Positions 47,284-56,922 of a DNA stretch of 64,000 nt are shown in pieces. The notes below the pieces were generated by a model. That model was not told the origin of the DNA, did not search any database, and was given only the letters and a program-made list of their open reading frames with translations. This DNA comes from an uncultured Bacteriovoracaceae bacterium (GTDB taxonomy: Bacteria > Bdellovibrionota > Bacteriovoracia > Bacteriovoracales > Bacteriovoracaceae): positions 49,204-113,203 of the forward strand of contig CAXGUD010000009.1 in the NCBI GenBank assembly GCA_964012805.1, in the 5' to 3' direction. The first letter of the stretch is position 1. The number at the start of each line of letters is the position of its first letter. Both the position numbers and the translations under genes were made by a program.

Positions 47284-49389
47284 CTAATGGACTCCGTTGT
47301 TCATGAATTGCTGAAAAATCTTTAAATCTGATGTAGGGTATTTGCATACTGAGTTCTGACAAACATAAACTGTTGTTTTTCCATCTATCATTTTCTTATT
47401 AACAACAGGTTCAGGGATAAAGTGATTAGATTTTTCTTTATCTGATTCTTTAAAATAAAGAACATTATTTGGTGAAAAGTTTTCCTTAAAATAAGAAAGA
47501 AACTGCTTTGTTAGACTATTGTTCCTCTTTCCAACAATGACAATCTCCTTTGATTTATCTAAAAAATAATTTGAAGCCAGTAAACCTTGAGAGAAGCCTA
47601 AAGGATAGGTCGATGCGCTTTTAGATACCGCCTTTAAAATGCTTTTCGCCTTTTTTAAAAAACCTTCATCATAAGTAAAGCCATAAATTTTCAAAAGGTT
47701 AAGAGCACTGACAGAATTTGAGTTAGGCCTGGCATTATCTGCTAATTCGAAAACCTGAAAAGGAAAATCCTCTTTAACAGTAGAAAAATAATAAACGCCA
47801 AGATTTTTGGACCACAAAAGTTTGTCCTGATCAATTTGCAAATCAATGGCCCACTTTAAAATTTTTGAATCTAGATCAACTTCATAGAGGTGAAGAAGTC
47901 CATCAATTAGGTAAGCATAATCGTCTAAAATTCCAAAATTTTTCTTCTTTTCATTTGTATAGCGCCTATAAAGTTTTCCTTCATCATAAAGGTGCTCCTT
48001 TATAAATAGAGCCGCTTTTTTGGATATTTCTAGAAACTTTGGCTCTTCTAATATCTCTGCTCCTCTCGCTAAAGCACCAATCATTAATCCATTCCAAGCC
48101 GTTAGAAACTTTTTGTCCTTTAAAGGCTTAACTCTTGTATTTCTTTTTTTAAAGATTTTGCCTCTGATGTAATTAAGTTTTGGTTCAAAACGATCCAAAG
48201 AAGTTTTATTTGAAAATAGCATGTTAAGATGGTTTGTTTTATTTTCAAAATTACCATTTGTGGTCGTCATAAAGAAATTTTGAAAATATCTAAATTCTTC
48301 AGGGTTGAGAATTTCTTCTAATTCGCTTTTTTTCCAAACATAGAACTTTCCCTCCTCTCCTTCTGAATCTGCATCCTCAGATGAAAAGAAAGGTCCTTCT
48401 TTAGAAGTCATATCCCTTGAAATATATTCCAGGACCTCTCTTGCTATTTCAGCATAAACAGGTTTTTTGAAAAGTTGAAATGCTTCGAGATAAGTGAGAG
48501 AAAGAAGGGCATTGTCATAAAGCATCTTTTCAAAGTGGGGTATCAACCATTTTTTATCGGTTGAATACCTCGCAAAACCACCCCCTATATGATCATAAAT
48601 CCCGCCCCGGAACATTCCCAACAAAGTTTTCTCGATCATAACCTTTAAATTTTCTTTCTTTTTAGGGTTGGAAAGCCTCTTATAAAGCCTCATGAGAAGC
48701 CTTAGTCTCATCGGTGAAGGAAATTTAGGTGCCGGACCAAAACCACCATATAATTTATCAAATGTTTTTTCGGCAACAACACAGGCCCTTTGAAGAATTT
48801 TTTCATCAACTGGAATTCTTCCAAGCTCTTTTTTACTTAAAGAGTCTAAATAAGTTCCAATTTCCTTTCCGGCTTTTTTGAACTCATCCCCACCTTTGGC
48901 CCACCGATCTTGAAAACCCTTAAGAATTTTAACGAGCTGGTCTTTTGGGAGATAAGTCGCTCCCCAAATAGGCTCTAAGTTGGGTGTCAAAAACATAGTT
49001 AACGGCCAACCCCCTCTTTTTCCAAGAAGGTGAAGCGCATTCATGTATCTTTTATCAACTTCAGGCCTTTCTTCCCTATCTACTTTAACGGCAACAAAAG
49101 ATTTATTTAAAATATCTGCAACCTCAAGCGTTTCAAAGCTTTCTTTCTCCATTACATGGCACCAATGGCAAGTAGAGTAGCCTATTGAGAGAAAAATAAG
49201 CTTGTTATTTTTTTTTGCATACTCAAGGGAGTCTTTACTCCATGGTTGCCACCAAATTGGATTTTGGCCATGTTGAAGTAAGTAAGGACTTCTTTGAGAG
49301 ACAAGGCGATTCGTTTGATAGTTAGGCTGACAAGACCACAAGAGGCTACTTAGGATGAAGATCCAAATCACTCTGTTATCTAATTTCAA
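47284..49389 (-). CDS. YyaL/SSP411 (SPATA20) thioredoxin + (alpha/alpha)6 barrel protein, probable lipoprotein
   Basis: SPYLLQH, GYSTCHWCHVME, KVDREERP, PHFEKMLYDNA; lipobox-like LLWSC. Confidence 0.9.
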   Translation of the reverse strand: MKLDNRVIWIFILSSLLWSCQPNYQTNRLVSQRSPYLLQHGQNPIWWQPWSKDSLEYAKKNNKLIFLSIGYSTCHWCHVMEKESFETLEVADILNKSFVAVKVDREERPEVDKRYMNALHLLGKRGGWPLTMFLTPNLEPIWGATYLPKDQLVKILKGFQDRWAKGGDEFKKAGKEIGTYLDSLSKKELGRIPVDEKILQRACVVAEKTFDKLYGGFGPAPKFPSPMRLRLLMRLYKRLSNPKKKENLKVMIEKTLLGMFRGGIYDHIGGGFARYSTDKKWLIPHFEKMLYDNALLSLTYLEAFQLFKKPVYAEIAREVLEYISRDMTSKEGPFFSSEDADSEGEEGKFYVWKKSELEEILNPEEFRYFQNFFMTTTNGNFENKTNHLNMLFSNKTSLDRFEPKLNYIRGKIFKKRNTRVKPLKDKKFLTAWNGLMIGALARGAEILEEPKFLEISKKAALFIKEHLYDEGKLYRRYTNEKKKNFGILDDYAYLIDGLLHLYEVDLDSKILKWAIDLQIDQDKLLWSKNLGVYYFSTVKEDFPFQVFELADNARPNSNSVSALNLLKIYGFTYDEGFLKKAKSILKAVSKSASTYPLGFSQGLLASNYFLDKSKEIVIVGKRNNSLTKQFLSYFKENFSPNNVLYFKESDKEKSNHFIPEPVVNKKMIDGKTTVYVCQNSVCKYPTSDLKIFQQFMNNGVH

Positions 49390-49391
49390 TT

Positions 49392-49769
49392 TTAAAATCC
49401 TTCGCCGGTCACTTTTTTAAGGACCATCATTAGCTCACTAATTATGATCGGTTTATCAGCAAAGTAGACTTTTTGAAACGTTTCACTCAATTTTTTGGCT
49501 TCAGTCATCTCTTTCGTCACAAATAGAACCGGTACTTCTCGGTTGGGACAGTTTTCATTCCTAACTTCTTTAAGAAACTCTGAGCCTTTCATGACAGGCA
49601 TTTCGAAATCTGTAACAATAACACTAAAGAGGGAGGTTTTTAAAAGACTAACTCCTTTATAGTGACTCTCTGGAAGGACAACTTCAAAAATGTCACTTTC
49701 AGAGAATATATTTGCAACAACTCCACCAGTTCCATCTTCATCATCAAACGCGAGGATTTTTCTTTTCAT
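49392..49769 (-). CDS. Single-domain response regulator receiver
   Basis: AFDDE, TDFEMP, DKP. Confidence 0.8.
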   Translation of the reverse strand: MKRKILAFDDEDGTGGVVANIFSESDIFEVVLPESHYKGVSLLKTSLFSVIVTDFEMPVMKGSEFLKEVRNENCPNREVPVLFVTKEMTEAKKLSETFQKVYFADKPIIISELMMVLKKVTGEGF

Positions 49770-49775
49770 CTAGAA

Positions 49776-49804
49776 ATTATAGGTCTATCCAAAAGCCTTT
49801 TCAA
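49776..49804 (-). promoter_or_regulatory. Near-consensus sigma-70 promoter, leaderless geometry
   Basis: TTGAAA-N17-TATAAT, 6 nt before ATG 49769. Confidence 0.65.
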
Positions 49805-49861
49805 GTTGGGGTAACTTTTCTTTTGTACAATCAAGAAGTAAAAAGCTCTAAGAAAAAAGAT

Positions 49862-50701
49862 TCAAAAAAAGGGTTGATCACTTGAAACCATGGACTGTAA
49901 ATCTTCTAAAAAAGAATTGTGAAAACGCCAAAAAAGACTATTTTCCTCTAGAGGTGATACACCTTCTACTTGATCATGATGGGAACTTGTTTCTTTAACA
50001 AGCGATTCAAGGTAAGTGTAGGTTTTTCCTGGAAGACCGCAAGGGTTAACCAAACTCAATGCCTCAACGACTTTAGGGTCACAATTAATATTAAGGGCCA
50101 TACCATGATAGGTAACAAAGCGGGTGACAGCAATTCCTATAGAGGCCAATTTTTGGTTTTCATACCAAAGCCCTAAAAGCTCTTTTTCGTGAGATAAATT
50201 TTGGATCCCAAAAACTTTTTCAATGGACTGTTTTGACTTTTCCAAAACCCAATTCATAATCTTATAAACATCCGTTTTTGCACTCATAAGATTAACAATA
50301 GGATAAAATACCCATTGGCCTGGGTAGTGAAATGTTAGTCCTCCTCCCCTTTTTATTTCATAAAGAGGAAAAGGCAACCTTCTTTTTAAATGAGGGTCAA
50401 AATCTATAAGCTCCAAATCTTTAGGAATCTTGTGCTTTTGAAGTCCTCTACCCAGAGTAAAACAGTGAGGATGAGTGCAAAAAATAAAAATAATAATACT
50501 TTTATTCTCTTTAACAAATTGAGTTGCTTTCCATTGGAAATCATGGGCCTTTTGATAATCCCAACCCCACTTTTGGATGATCCAAACTTTTTCTGAAAGA
50601 AAGGAGAAATCCTCTTGTGAAAGGTCAAACCGACTGAGAACTTTATCTTCCAAAAAACCTGAAAATGCCTGTGGTCTAGAGTTATTTTGAGGAGTTATCA
50701 C
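49862..50701 (-). CDS. lipB: Octanoyltransferase
   Basis: HPHCFTLGR, RGGGLTFHYPGQ, KLASIG, YHGMALN, NPCG. Confidence 0.9.
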   Translation of the reverse strand: MITPQNNSRPQAFSGFLEDKVLSRFDLSQEDFSFLSEKVWIIQKWGWDYQKAHDFQWKATQFVKENKSIIIFIFCTHPHCFTLGRGLQKHKIPKDLELIDFDPHLKRRLPFPLYEIKRGGGLTFHYPGQWVFYPIVNLMSAKTDVYKIMNWVLEKSKQSIEKVFGIQNLSHEKELLGLWYENQKLASIGIAVTRFVTYHGMALNINCDPKVVEALSLVNPCGLPGKTYTYLESLVKETSSHHDQVEGVSPLEENSLFWRFHNSFLEDLQSMVSSDQPFF

Positions 50702-51585
50702 ACTGAAATACCTTGATCATTTAAAAACTTCAAATAGTCTGCAGCTTTATAAGAACTCCTTACTAGAGGCCCTGAGGCAACGAATTTAAAGCCCTTTTGA
50801 TAAGCAATCCTTTTAAGCTCTTCAAATTCTTCTGGTTTATAATACCGCTCAACCTTCAAATGACGTTGAGTAGGCCTTAAGTATTGTCCAAACGTAATGA
50901 TATCGACTTTAGCTTTTCTTATGTCATCCATAGCTTCAAGAAGCTCATCCCAAGTTTCCCCCAGCCCTACCATTAAAGATGTCTTGGTTGTTATGTGAGG
51001 GTAATGACTTTTATAAAATGCTAGGCAATCTAGAGATTTCTCATACCCTGCCCTTCTATCACGAACTGGGTAGGTAAGCCTTTTCACAGTTTCGACGTTT
51101 TGAGCGATCACAAAGGGCTCACTCTTGGCAAGTGTATGCATATGATCTGGTTCACCATCAAAGTCGGGAATCAACACTTCAACTTTTGTCCTTGGGCTAT
51201 CTTTGCGAATTCTTTCCACAACCTTAGCAAAATGTGAAGCACCAAAATCATCGAGGTCATCTCTATCCACGCTCGTTACAACCATGTAATTAAGCCCCAT
51301 AATTTTTGCCATTTCTGCAGTTTTCTTAGGCTCTTCCAAATCCAGCCATTTTTTGGGGTTTCCTGTCTTCACATTACAAAACTTACATGCCCTGGTACAA
51401 GTACCTCCCAGGATCATAACAGTAGCTGTTTTTGCAGCCCAGCACTCAGATAGGTTAGGGCATGCCGCTTCTTCACAAACGGTATAGAGACCTTTTTCTC
51501 TTAGGCTAGACTTAATCTCAGTGTAATTATCACCCTTTGGAAGGGGAACCTTAAGCCAGGGTGGCTTTCTTTCAAGCTTTGTCAT
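50698..51585 (-). CDS. lipA: Lipoyl synthase
   Basis: CEEAACPNLSECW, CTRACKFC, GPLVRSSY. Confidence 0.96.
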   Translation of the reverse strand: MTKLERKPPWLKVPLPKGDNYTEIKSSLREKGLYTVCEEAACPNLSECWAAKTATVMILGGTCTRACKFCNVKTGNPKKWLDLEEPKKTAEMAKIMGLNYMVVTSVDRDDLDDFGASHFAKVVERIRKDSPRTKVEVLIPDFDGEPDHMHTLAKSEPFVIAQNVETVKRLTYPVRDRRAGYEKSLDCLAFYKSHYPHITTKTSLMVGLGETWDELLEAMDDIRKAKVDIITFGQYLRPTQRHLKVERYYKPEEFEELKRIAYQKGFKFVASGPLVRSSYKAADYLKFLNDQGISV

Positions 51586-51693
51586 TCATGGACCCACTTT
51601 TAAATCTATCTTAATTATAGACCACTTTAGGCGAACTTTTACTTCATATACTTAGGTTTCGTCAAAAACTAGGTGGAAAAAGACGTGAATTTG

Positions 51694-52077
51694 CTACGCA
51701 GCAACAGGGGTTGATTGAAAGAGCTCCCACCTTTCCTGGGCCTTATAAATGGCCTTAATAAGGTGATCTTTTATTTGATCTTTTTCTAAAAAGGCATCAT
51801 ACCTTGGAGCGCTTTCCCATATCATTTCATCTCTCTTTCTACCGCTAATGAGAAGCACTGGATACCGCCCGTTAATAAACTCACAAAAATCAAGACCTCC
51901 CATCCTGGGCATAAAAACATCCACAATCAGGAGGTCAAAACCCCCTTTAGTTGACACTAGCTTCTTAGCGTCAATACCATCAGCAGCTCTTAGGAGTTGA
52001 ATACCTTCCTTTTTTAGAAGGAAGGAGAGCATTTGAAAAACCTGATCATCATCATCAACAAGCAAGACGTTTTTCAT
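51694..52077 (-). CDS. Single-domain response regulator receiver
   Basis: LVDDD, VDVFMP, LISG, LEK. Confidence 0.82.
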   Translation of the reverse strand: MKNVLLVDDDDQVFQMLSFLLKKEGIQLLRAADGIDAKKLVSTKGGFDLLIVDVFMPRMGGLDFCEFINGRYPVLLISGRKRDEMIWESAPRYDAFLEKDQIKDHLIKAIYKAQERWELFQSTPVAA

Positions 52078-52391
52078 AATTTCTAATCCTCCCTATTTTT
52101 AAAATAACAATCACGTTTATAAAATTATAGGTCGGTCCAATAACTCTTATAACCTCAAGATATGCTTAAGATTAAAGTTAATTGAAAATATCAAAAATAA
52201 ACTTATAAATTCTTGTAAATAAACCCTTGAACCCCAAAAAAATAAAATTTGTTCAACCAAAAATCATTCCATGAAAAAGCGAAAAAAAGCCTGCATTAGC
52301 TATTTAAGATCTTTTCTGGCCAAAATAGTTGCAAAGTGTTTGATCCATTTTTTTTTATTTAACCTTTTTTTTTTGGACCGATAAACAAAAT

Positions 52392-53192
52392 ATGAAGGAT
52401 GAGAAAGGCAGTGATTTTTATAAAAAACAAACTCTATTGAGTAGCAAACTTATAGCCTCAGGGCTTCTTTTGCATCTAAGCCCAGCTGCCGCTTCTGAAG
52501 TTTTTTACCAAGTTAAAAAGGGAGATAGCCTCTCCAAAATAGCCAAAAAGGTTCCCTTTTCATATGGAAAACTAGACTCAAAAGAAAAATTTAATCTACT
52601 TTTGAGGGTCAACCCTCAAATTAGAGATATAAACCTCATTTATCCAAAACAAAAGATTAACTTACCTGTAAAAAGTGAAATTGAAGAATTCTACTCAAGA
52701 AAAAAAAGCATAAAGATTGTTAATAAACTAAGTAATCAAGATTCAAATTTCGAGATAGAAAATGAACGTAAGTATATTGTAAAAAGGGGAGATACTCTTT
52801 CTGAAATTGCCCAAAGCCTAATTGGAGACCCCGTTTTCAAAAAAAATAGTGGATCTTTAAAGTTTCTCCTCAGTTATAATCCGCACATATCAAACCCCGA
52901 CAAAATCAAAGTAGGCATGAACATTCAACTTCCTCCAAGGGAAGAAATATCAAACTATTTTACATCAATAAACTTGGGTCCCTCATCAAACAAAAAGGCG
53001 CCTCGTAAAAAAAGAATTCCCACATCAATTTCTCATAATAATACGTCAAACCATTTAGACCTCTGCTCAATAAGCGCAAAGAATAGCTTTTCGAACTTGA
53101 ATTTCGAGAGGGACTTTCCGTTCGCAGAATGGAAAAATGACCTCGAAAAGGATGAGGATGGGAAGCTTTTATTTCATGAAGGCTGCATATAA
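52392..53192 (+). CDS. Secreted protein with two LysM domains
   Basis: YQVKKGDSLSKIA...NLIYPKQKI and YIVKRGDTLSEIA...DKIKVGMNI. Confidence 0.85.
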   Translation: MKDEKGSDFYKKQTLLSSKLIASGLLLHLSPAAASEVFYQVKKGDSLSKIAKKVPFSYGKLDSKEKFNLLLRVNPQIRDINLIYPKQKINLPVKSEIEEFYSRKKSIKIVNKLSNQDSNFEIENERKYIVKRGDTLSEIAQSLIGDPVFKKNSGSLKFLLSYNPHISNPDKIKVGMNIQLPPREEISNYFTSINLGPSSNKKAPRKKRIPTSISHNNTSNHLDLCSISAKNSFSNLNFERDFPFAEWKNDLEKDEDGKLLFHEGCI

Positions 53193-53221
53193 AGTCATCG
53201 AATATTTTTCACTTCACTCTT

Positions 53222-53250
53222 TAGACATCGCTGCGTCCTGGCCCTATAAT
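53222..53250 (+). promoter_or_regulatory. Sigma-70 promoter of mmsA
   Basis: TAGACA-N17-TATAAT. Confidence 0.6.
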
Positions 53251-53279
53251 AAGTGATGAACTTTTGAGGAGGGCATGAG

Positions 53280-54782
53280 TTGAAATTTACAGTCGGAAAC
53301 TTTATAGATAATCAAATGATCCTCCCTGAAAATGGAAAGAAAGCTCCCATATACAATCCAGGAACTGGAAAAATCACAGGAGAAGTCATTCTTTCAAATA
53401 CAGAAGAAACAAAAAGGGCCATCAGCTCAGCTTCAAAAGCCTTCAAAGAATGGTCTGAAACCCCTCCTCTTAAAAGAGCAAGAGTTTTGTTCAAATTCAA
53501 AGAACTTCTCGATCAATACAAGGAAAGACTAGGAACTTTCATAACCAATGAGCACGGTAAAGTTTTAAGTGATGCTGCTGGTGAGATGCAAAGAGGTATT
53601 GAGGTGGTTGAATTTGCTTGCGGTATTCCCCATCTCCAAAAAGGAGAACACTCAAGTAATGTTGGTAGTGGCGTAGATAGTTTTTCACTTATGAAGCCAG
53701 TAGGAATATGCGCTGGTATTACTCCTTTTAATTTTCCTGCAATGGTCCCGTTATGGATGTTTCCTATAGCACTTGCGTGCGGTAATACTTTTATTCTAAA
53801 GCCATCAGAAAAAGACCCTTCAGTATCCATGGAAATGGCCTACCTCCTTAAAGAAGCCGGCCTTCCGGAGGGTGTTTTTAATATCGTCAATGGAGGGAAG
53901 GAAGCCGTAGACACACTTTTATCGGATCCGAGAGTCAAAGCCGTCAGCTTTGTTGGTTCAACACCCATAGCCCAATACATTTACGAGAAGGCAAGTCAAA
54001 ATGGAAAAAGAGTTCAAGCTCTGGGAGGGGCCAAGAACCACATGGTGATTATGCCGGATGCTGATGTTGAACAAGCTGTATCAAGCCTTATGGGAGCAGC
54101 TTATGGGTCTGCAGGAGAACGTTGCATGGCCATTAGTGCAGCTATAAGTGTCGGTCCTGTCGGAGATATAATTATTGAACAGCTAAAAGAAAAAGTTGAG
54201 TCTCTTAAAATAGGCCCAGGATTTAACAAAGACCTTTCTCCAGATATGGGCCCTCTCATAACAAGAGAGCATAAGGAGAAAGTTGAAAGTTATATAGAAA
54301 TTGGGGTTTCGGAAGGAGCTACCCTAGTCACTGATGGAAGAAAATTAGTTCCCAAAGGTCATGAAGAAGGCTTTTTTCTTGGTGGAAGTCTTTTTGACCA
54401 TGTCAAAGCGGGAATGAGAATACACCAGGAAGAAATTTTTGGACCAGTACTTGTTCATTTAAGGGCCTCTAGCTACGAAGAAGCCGTATCAATTATAAAT
54501 AATCATGAATACGGTAATGGTACTGCTATTTTTACAAGAGATGGTGACACTGCAAGAAGGTTTACGGAGGATATCCAAGTAGGAATGATTGGAATTAATG
54601 TTCCAATCCCAGTACCTATGGCCTTTCATTCTTTTGGTGGATGGAAACGCTCTCTTTTTGGACCCCTTCATATCCATGGTGTAGATGGTGTAAGATTTTA
54701 TACCCAAATGAAAACCATTACATCGAGGTGGCCATCAAGCCAGACAATAAATCCAAACTTTAATATGCCTACCATGAAATAA
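53280..54782 (+). CDS. mmsA: CoA-acylating methylmalonate-semialdehyde dehydrogenase
   Basis: ITPFNFPAMVP, LKPSEKDP, GAKNH, AGERCMA, EEIFGPV, INVPIPVP. Confidence 0.93.
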   Translation: MKFTVGNFIDNQMILPENGKKAPIYNPGTGKITGEVILSNTEETKRAISSASKAFKEWSETPPLKRARVLFKFKELLDQYKERLGTFITNEHGKVLSDAAGEMQRGIEVVEFACGIPHLQKGEHSSNVGSGVDSFSLMKPVGICAGITPFNFPAMVPLWMFPIALACGNTFILKPSEKDPSVSMEMAYLLKEAGLPEGVFNIVNGGKEAVDTLLSDPRVKAVSFVGSTPIAQYIYEKASQNGKRVQALGGAKNHMVIMPDADVEQAVSSLMGAAYGSAGERCMAISAAISVGPVGDIIIEQLKEKVESLKIGPGFNKDLSPDMGPLITREHKEKVESYIEIGVSEGATLVTDGRKLVPKGHEEGFFLGGSLFDHVKAGMRIHQEEIFGPVLVHLRASSYEEAVSIINNHEYGNGTAIFTRDGDTARRFTEDIQVGMIGINVPIPVPMAFHSFGGWKRSLFGPLHIHGVDGVRFYTQMKTITSRWPSSQTINPNFNMPTMK

Positions 54783-54801
54783 TTACGGAAATCCTAATCT
54801 A

Positions 54802-56904
54802 ATGAAAAAGAAGGCGAATTTACTTATTAATGAGACCTCTCCCTATCTCCTAAAACATGCCTATAACCCGATTAAATGGCATCCATGGAGTCAATCCGCA
54901 CTAGAAAAAGCAAAGAAAAAAAACCTTCCCATTTTTCTTTCTATAGGCTACCACGCTTGCCACTGGTGTCATGTTATGGGAAATGAATGTTTTAACGACG
55001 AGGAAATAGCAGTTGAGTTAAATAAAGCGTTTGTACCTATCAAGGTGGATAGAGAGGAAAGACCAGATATCGACGACATCTACATGGCATCTCTTGAGGC
55101 CATAACAGGTCAGATTGGATGGCCAATGAACCTTTTCCTTACACCAGAAGGATATCCTTTTTTTGCAGGAACAAACTTTCCAAAGTACGATTCACCTCAA
55201 AGGCCGGGCTTTTTAACAGTTGTAAAAAGCATAGCCAAAGCATGGGAAACAAATCAAAAAAGTTTAATTATTCAAGGTGAAAATATTATTAGTCAAATTA
55301 AAGAGTTATTAAGGGAAAAGCAACCTGTGGTTCCTTTTCCCTTTGAATTTCTCGACTGGTCTTTAGAAGCCCTTGATCAAAACCTAGATTCAAAAGAAGG
55401 AGGGTTTGGAACAGCTCCAAAGTTTCCCGAAACGCTTAAACTTGACCTATACATCGAATACCTCAATCAAAACCCTTACCAAAGGAAAATAAAAAGAATT
55501 AATAACCACCTAGAAACTTCCCTTACAAAAATGGCTCAGGGAGGTATTTATGATCAGCTTGCTGGTGGGTTCCACCGGTACTCAACTGATGAAATATGGA
55601 TGGTTCCCCACTTTGAAAAAATGCTTTATGACAATGCACTTTTGGCAAGGAGCTTTTTTGAAGCATCTCAATTAAAAAATAAAGACTTTTATGAAAAGAT
55701 TGGTAAAGAAGTCTGTGACTTTGTTCTATTAGAAATGACCCATGAAAATGGTGGTTTTTTCTCATCAATATCTGCAGATAGTGAAGGCATTGAAGGAAAG
55801 TACTTTTTATGGGATCAAAACGAAGTTTTACAAACCCTAGGTGAAAAAGATGGGGAAACTTTTTGCCAAATTTTTGACATAATAGATCCTTTAATCAACT
55901 GGAAACAACTTTCTTTTAAAAATGGTTCCCCTCCTCACGATTGGTTTTATGGAAAAATACTTCATCTAAAAAAAGATCTTAAAAAGTCTCTTTTGGAAAT
56001 AAAAAAGACAAAAGAAGATTTTGAAGACTGGAAAAGTAAACTCCTCGAAAGGAGGTTAAAGAGAGCTCCTCCTTCTAAGGATGAAAAGATCATCACTTCT
56101 TGGAATTCCCTAATGTGTGAAGCTATGGTTAAGGCCTACCAAATTACAGGAATAACTAAATATTTAAAGGCTGCTCAAAAGAATAATTCATTTATTTGGA
56201 CTAACCTCCAGACAAATGGCAGAATGAAAACATCCTGGAAAGATGGTAAAACAAAAAATGATGGTAATCTTGAAGATTACTCTTTCTATGCAAAGGCTTG
56301 CCTGGAATTATATAAGGTTACTTCTGACCGTCTTTACTTAGAAAGAGCAGTTATCACCGTTGAAAATGTCTTAAAATTTTTTAAAGACCCGGAAAGTAAT
56401 ATATTTTTCCTTACACCAGTAGATGGAGAAAGCCTTATTTTCAGACCCAAAAGTATTGCCGACAACTCGATTCCAAGTGGCAACTCAATTCTCGCAGGTG
56501 TTTTAGTAAGGTTGGGACATCTAATTAAACAAAATCATTTTTTGGTCAAGGCTAAGAGCATTTTCAATGAACTTTCTTACAAGTCCAAAGAATCTCCGCA
56601 CTTGTTCTCATCTTTAATTAGAGAGCATATTCTTTTTGAAAGTGGACCTAAAGAAGTTATTCTTATGAATGGAAATGAAAGCTTAAAAAGGTTTATTTTG
56701 AAAGGGTTAAAACCACAAGAATATTTTTTGACAGAAAAGAATGAAAATATTCCTTCTCTTAAGGGAAAGCCCAAAAACAGAAATAGAAAGTCCAATTCGC
56801 CCCTTCTTTATGAATGCACTGATGGAGTCTGTTTGAGTCCGAAAAGGGGAGAGAAAGAAATTAGAGAATTTTGGGAGAGAACCAGGCTTTCTGATTCCAA
56901 ATAA
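54802..56904 (+). CDS. Second YyaL/SSP411 (SPATA20) thioredoxin-domain protein, no signal peptide
   Basis: ETSPYLLKH, GYHACHWCHVM, KVDREERPD, PHFEKMLYDNA. Confidence 0.9.
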   Translation: MKKKANLLINETSPYLLKHAYNPIKWHPWSQSALEKAKKKNLPIFLSIGYHACHWCHVMGNECFNDEEIAVELNKAFVPIKVDREERPDIDDIYMASLEAITGQIGWPMNLFLTPEGYPFFAGTNFPKYDSPQRPGFLTVVKSIAKAWETNQKSLIIQGENIISQIKELLREKQPVVPFPFEFLDWSLEALDQNLDSKEGGFGTAPKFPETLKLDLYIEYLNQNPYQRKIKRINNHLETSLTKMAQGGIYDQLAGGFHRYSTDEIWMVPHFEKMLYDNALLARSFFEASQLKNKDFYEKIGKEVCDFVLLEMTHENGGFFSSISADSEGIEGKYFLWDQNEVLQTLGEKDGETFCQIFDIIDPLINWKQLSFKNGSPPHDWFYGKILHLKKDLKKSLLEIKKTKEDFEDWKSKLLERRLKRAPPSKDEKIITSWNSLMCEAMVKAYQITGITKYLKAAQKNNSFIWTNLQTNGRMKTSWKDGKTKNDGNLEDYSFYAKACLELYKVTSDRLYLERAVITVENVLKFFKDPESNIFFLTPVDGESLIFRPKSIADNSIPSGNSILAGVLVRLGHLIKQNHFLVKAKSIFNELSYKSKESPHLFSSLIREHILFESGPKEVILMNGNESLKRFILKGLKPQEYFLTEKNENIPSLKGKPKNRNRKSNSPLLYECTDGVCLSPKRGEKEIREFWERTRLSDSK

Positions 56905-56922
56905 ATTTGAGGAAAAAGTAAA

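Noticed and set aside
52317..52333. Sigma-54-like TGGC...TTGCA upstream of the LysM gene
   Set aside because: GG-to-GC spacing is 11 nt, not the required 10
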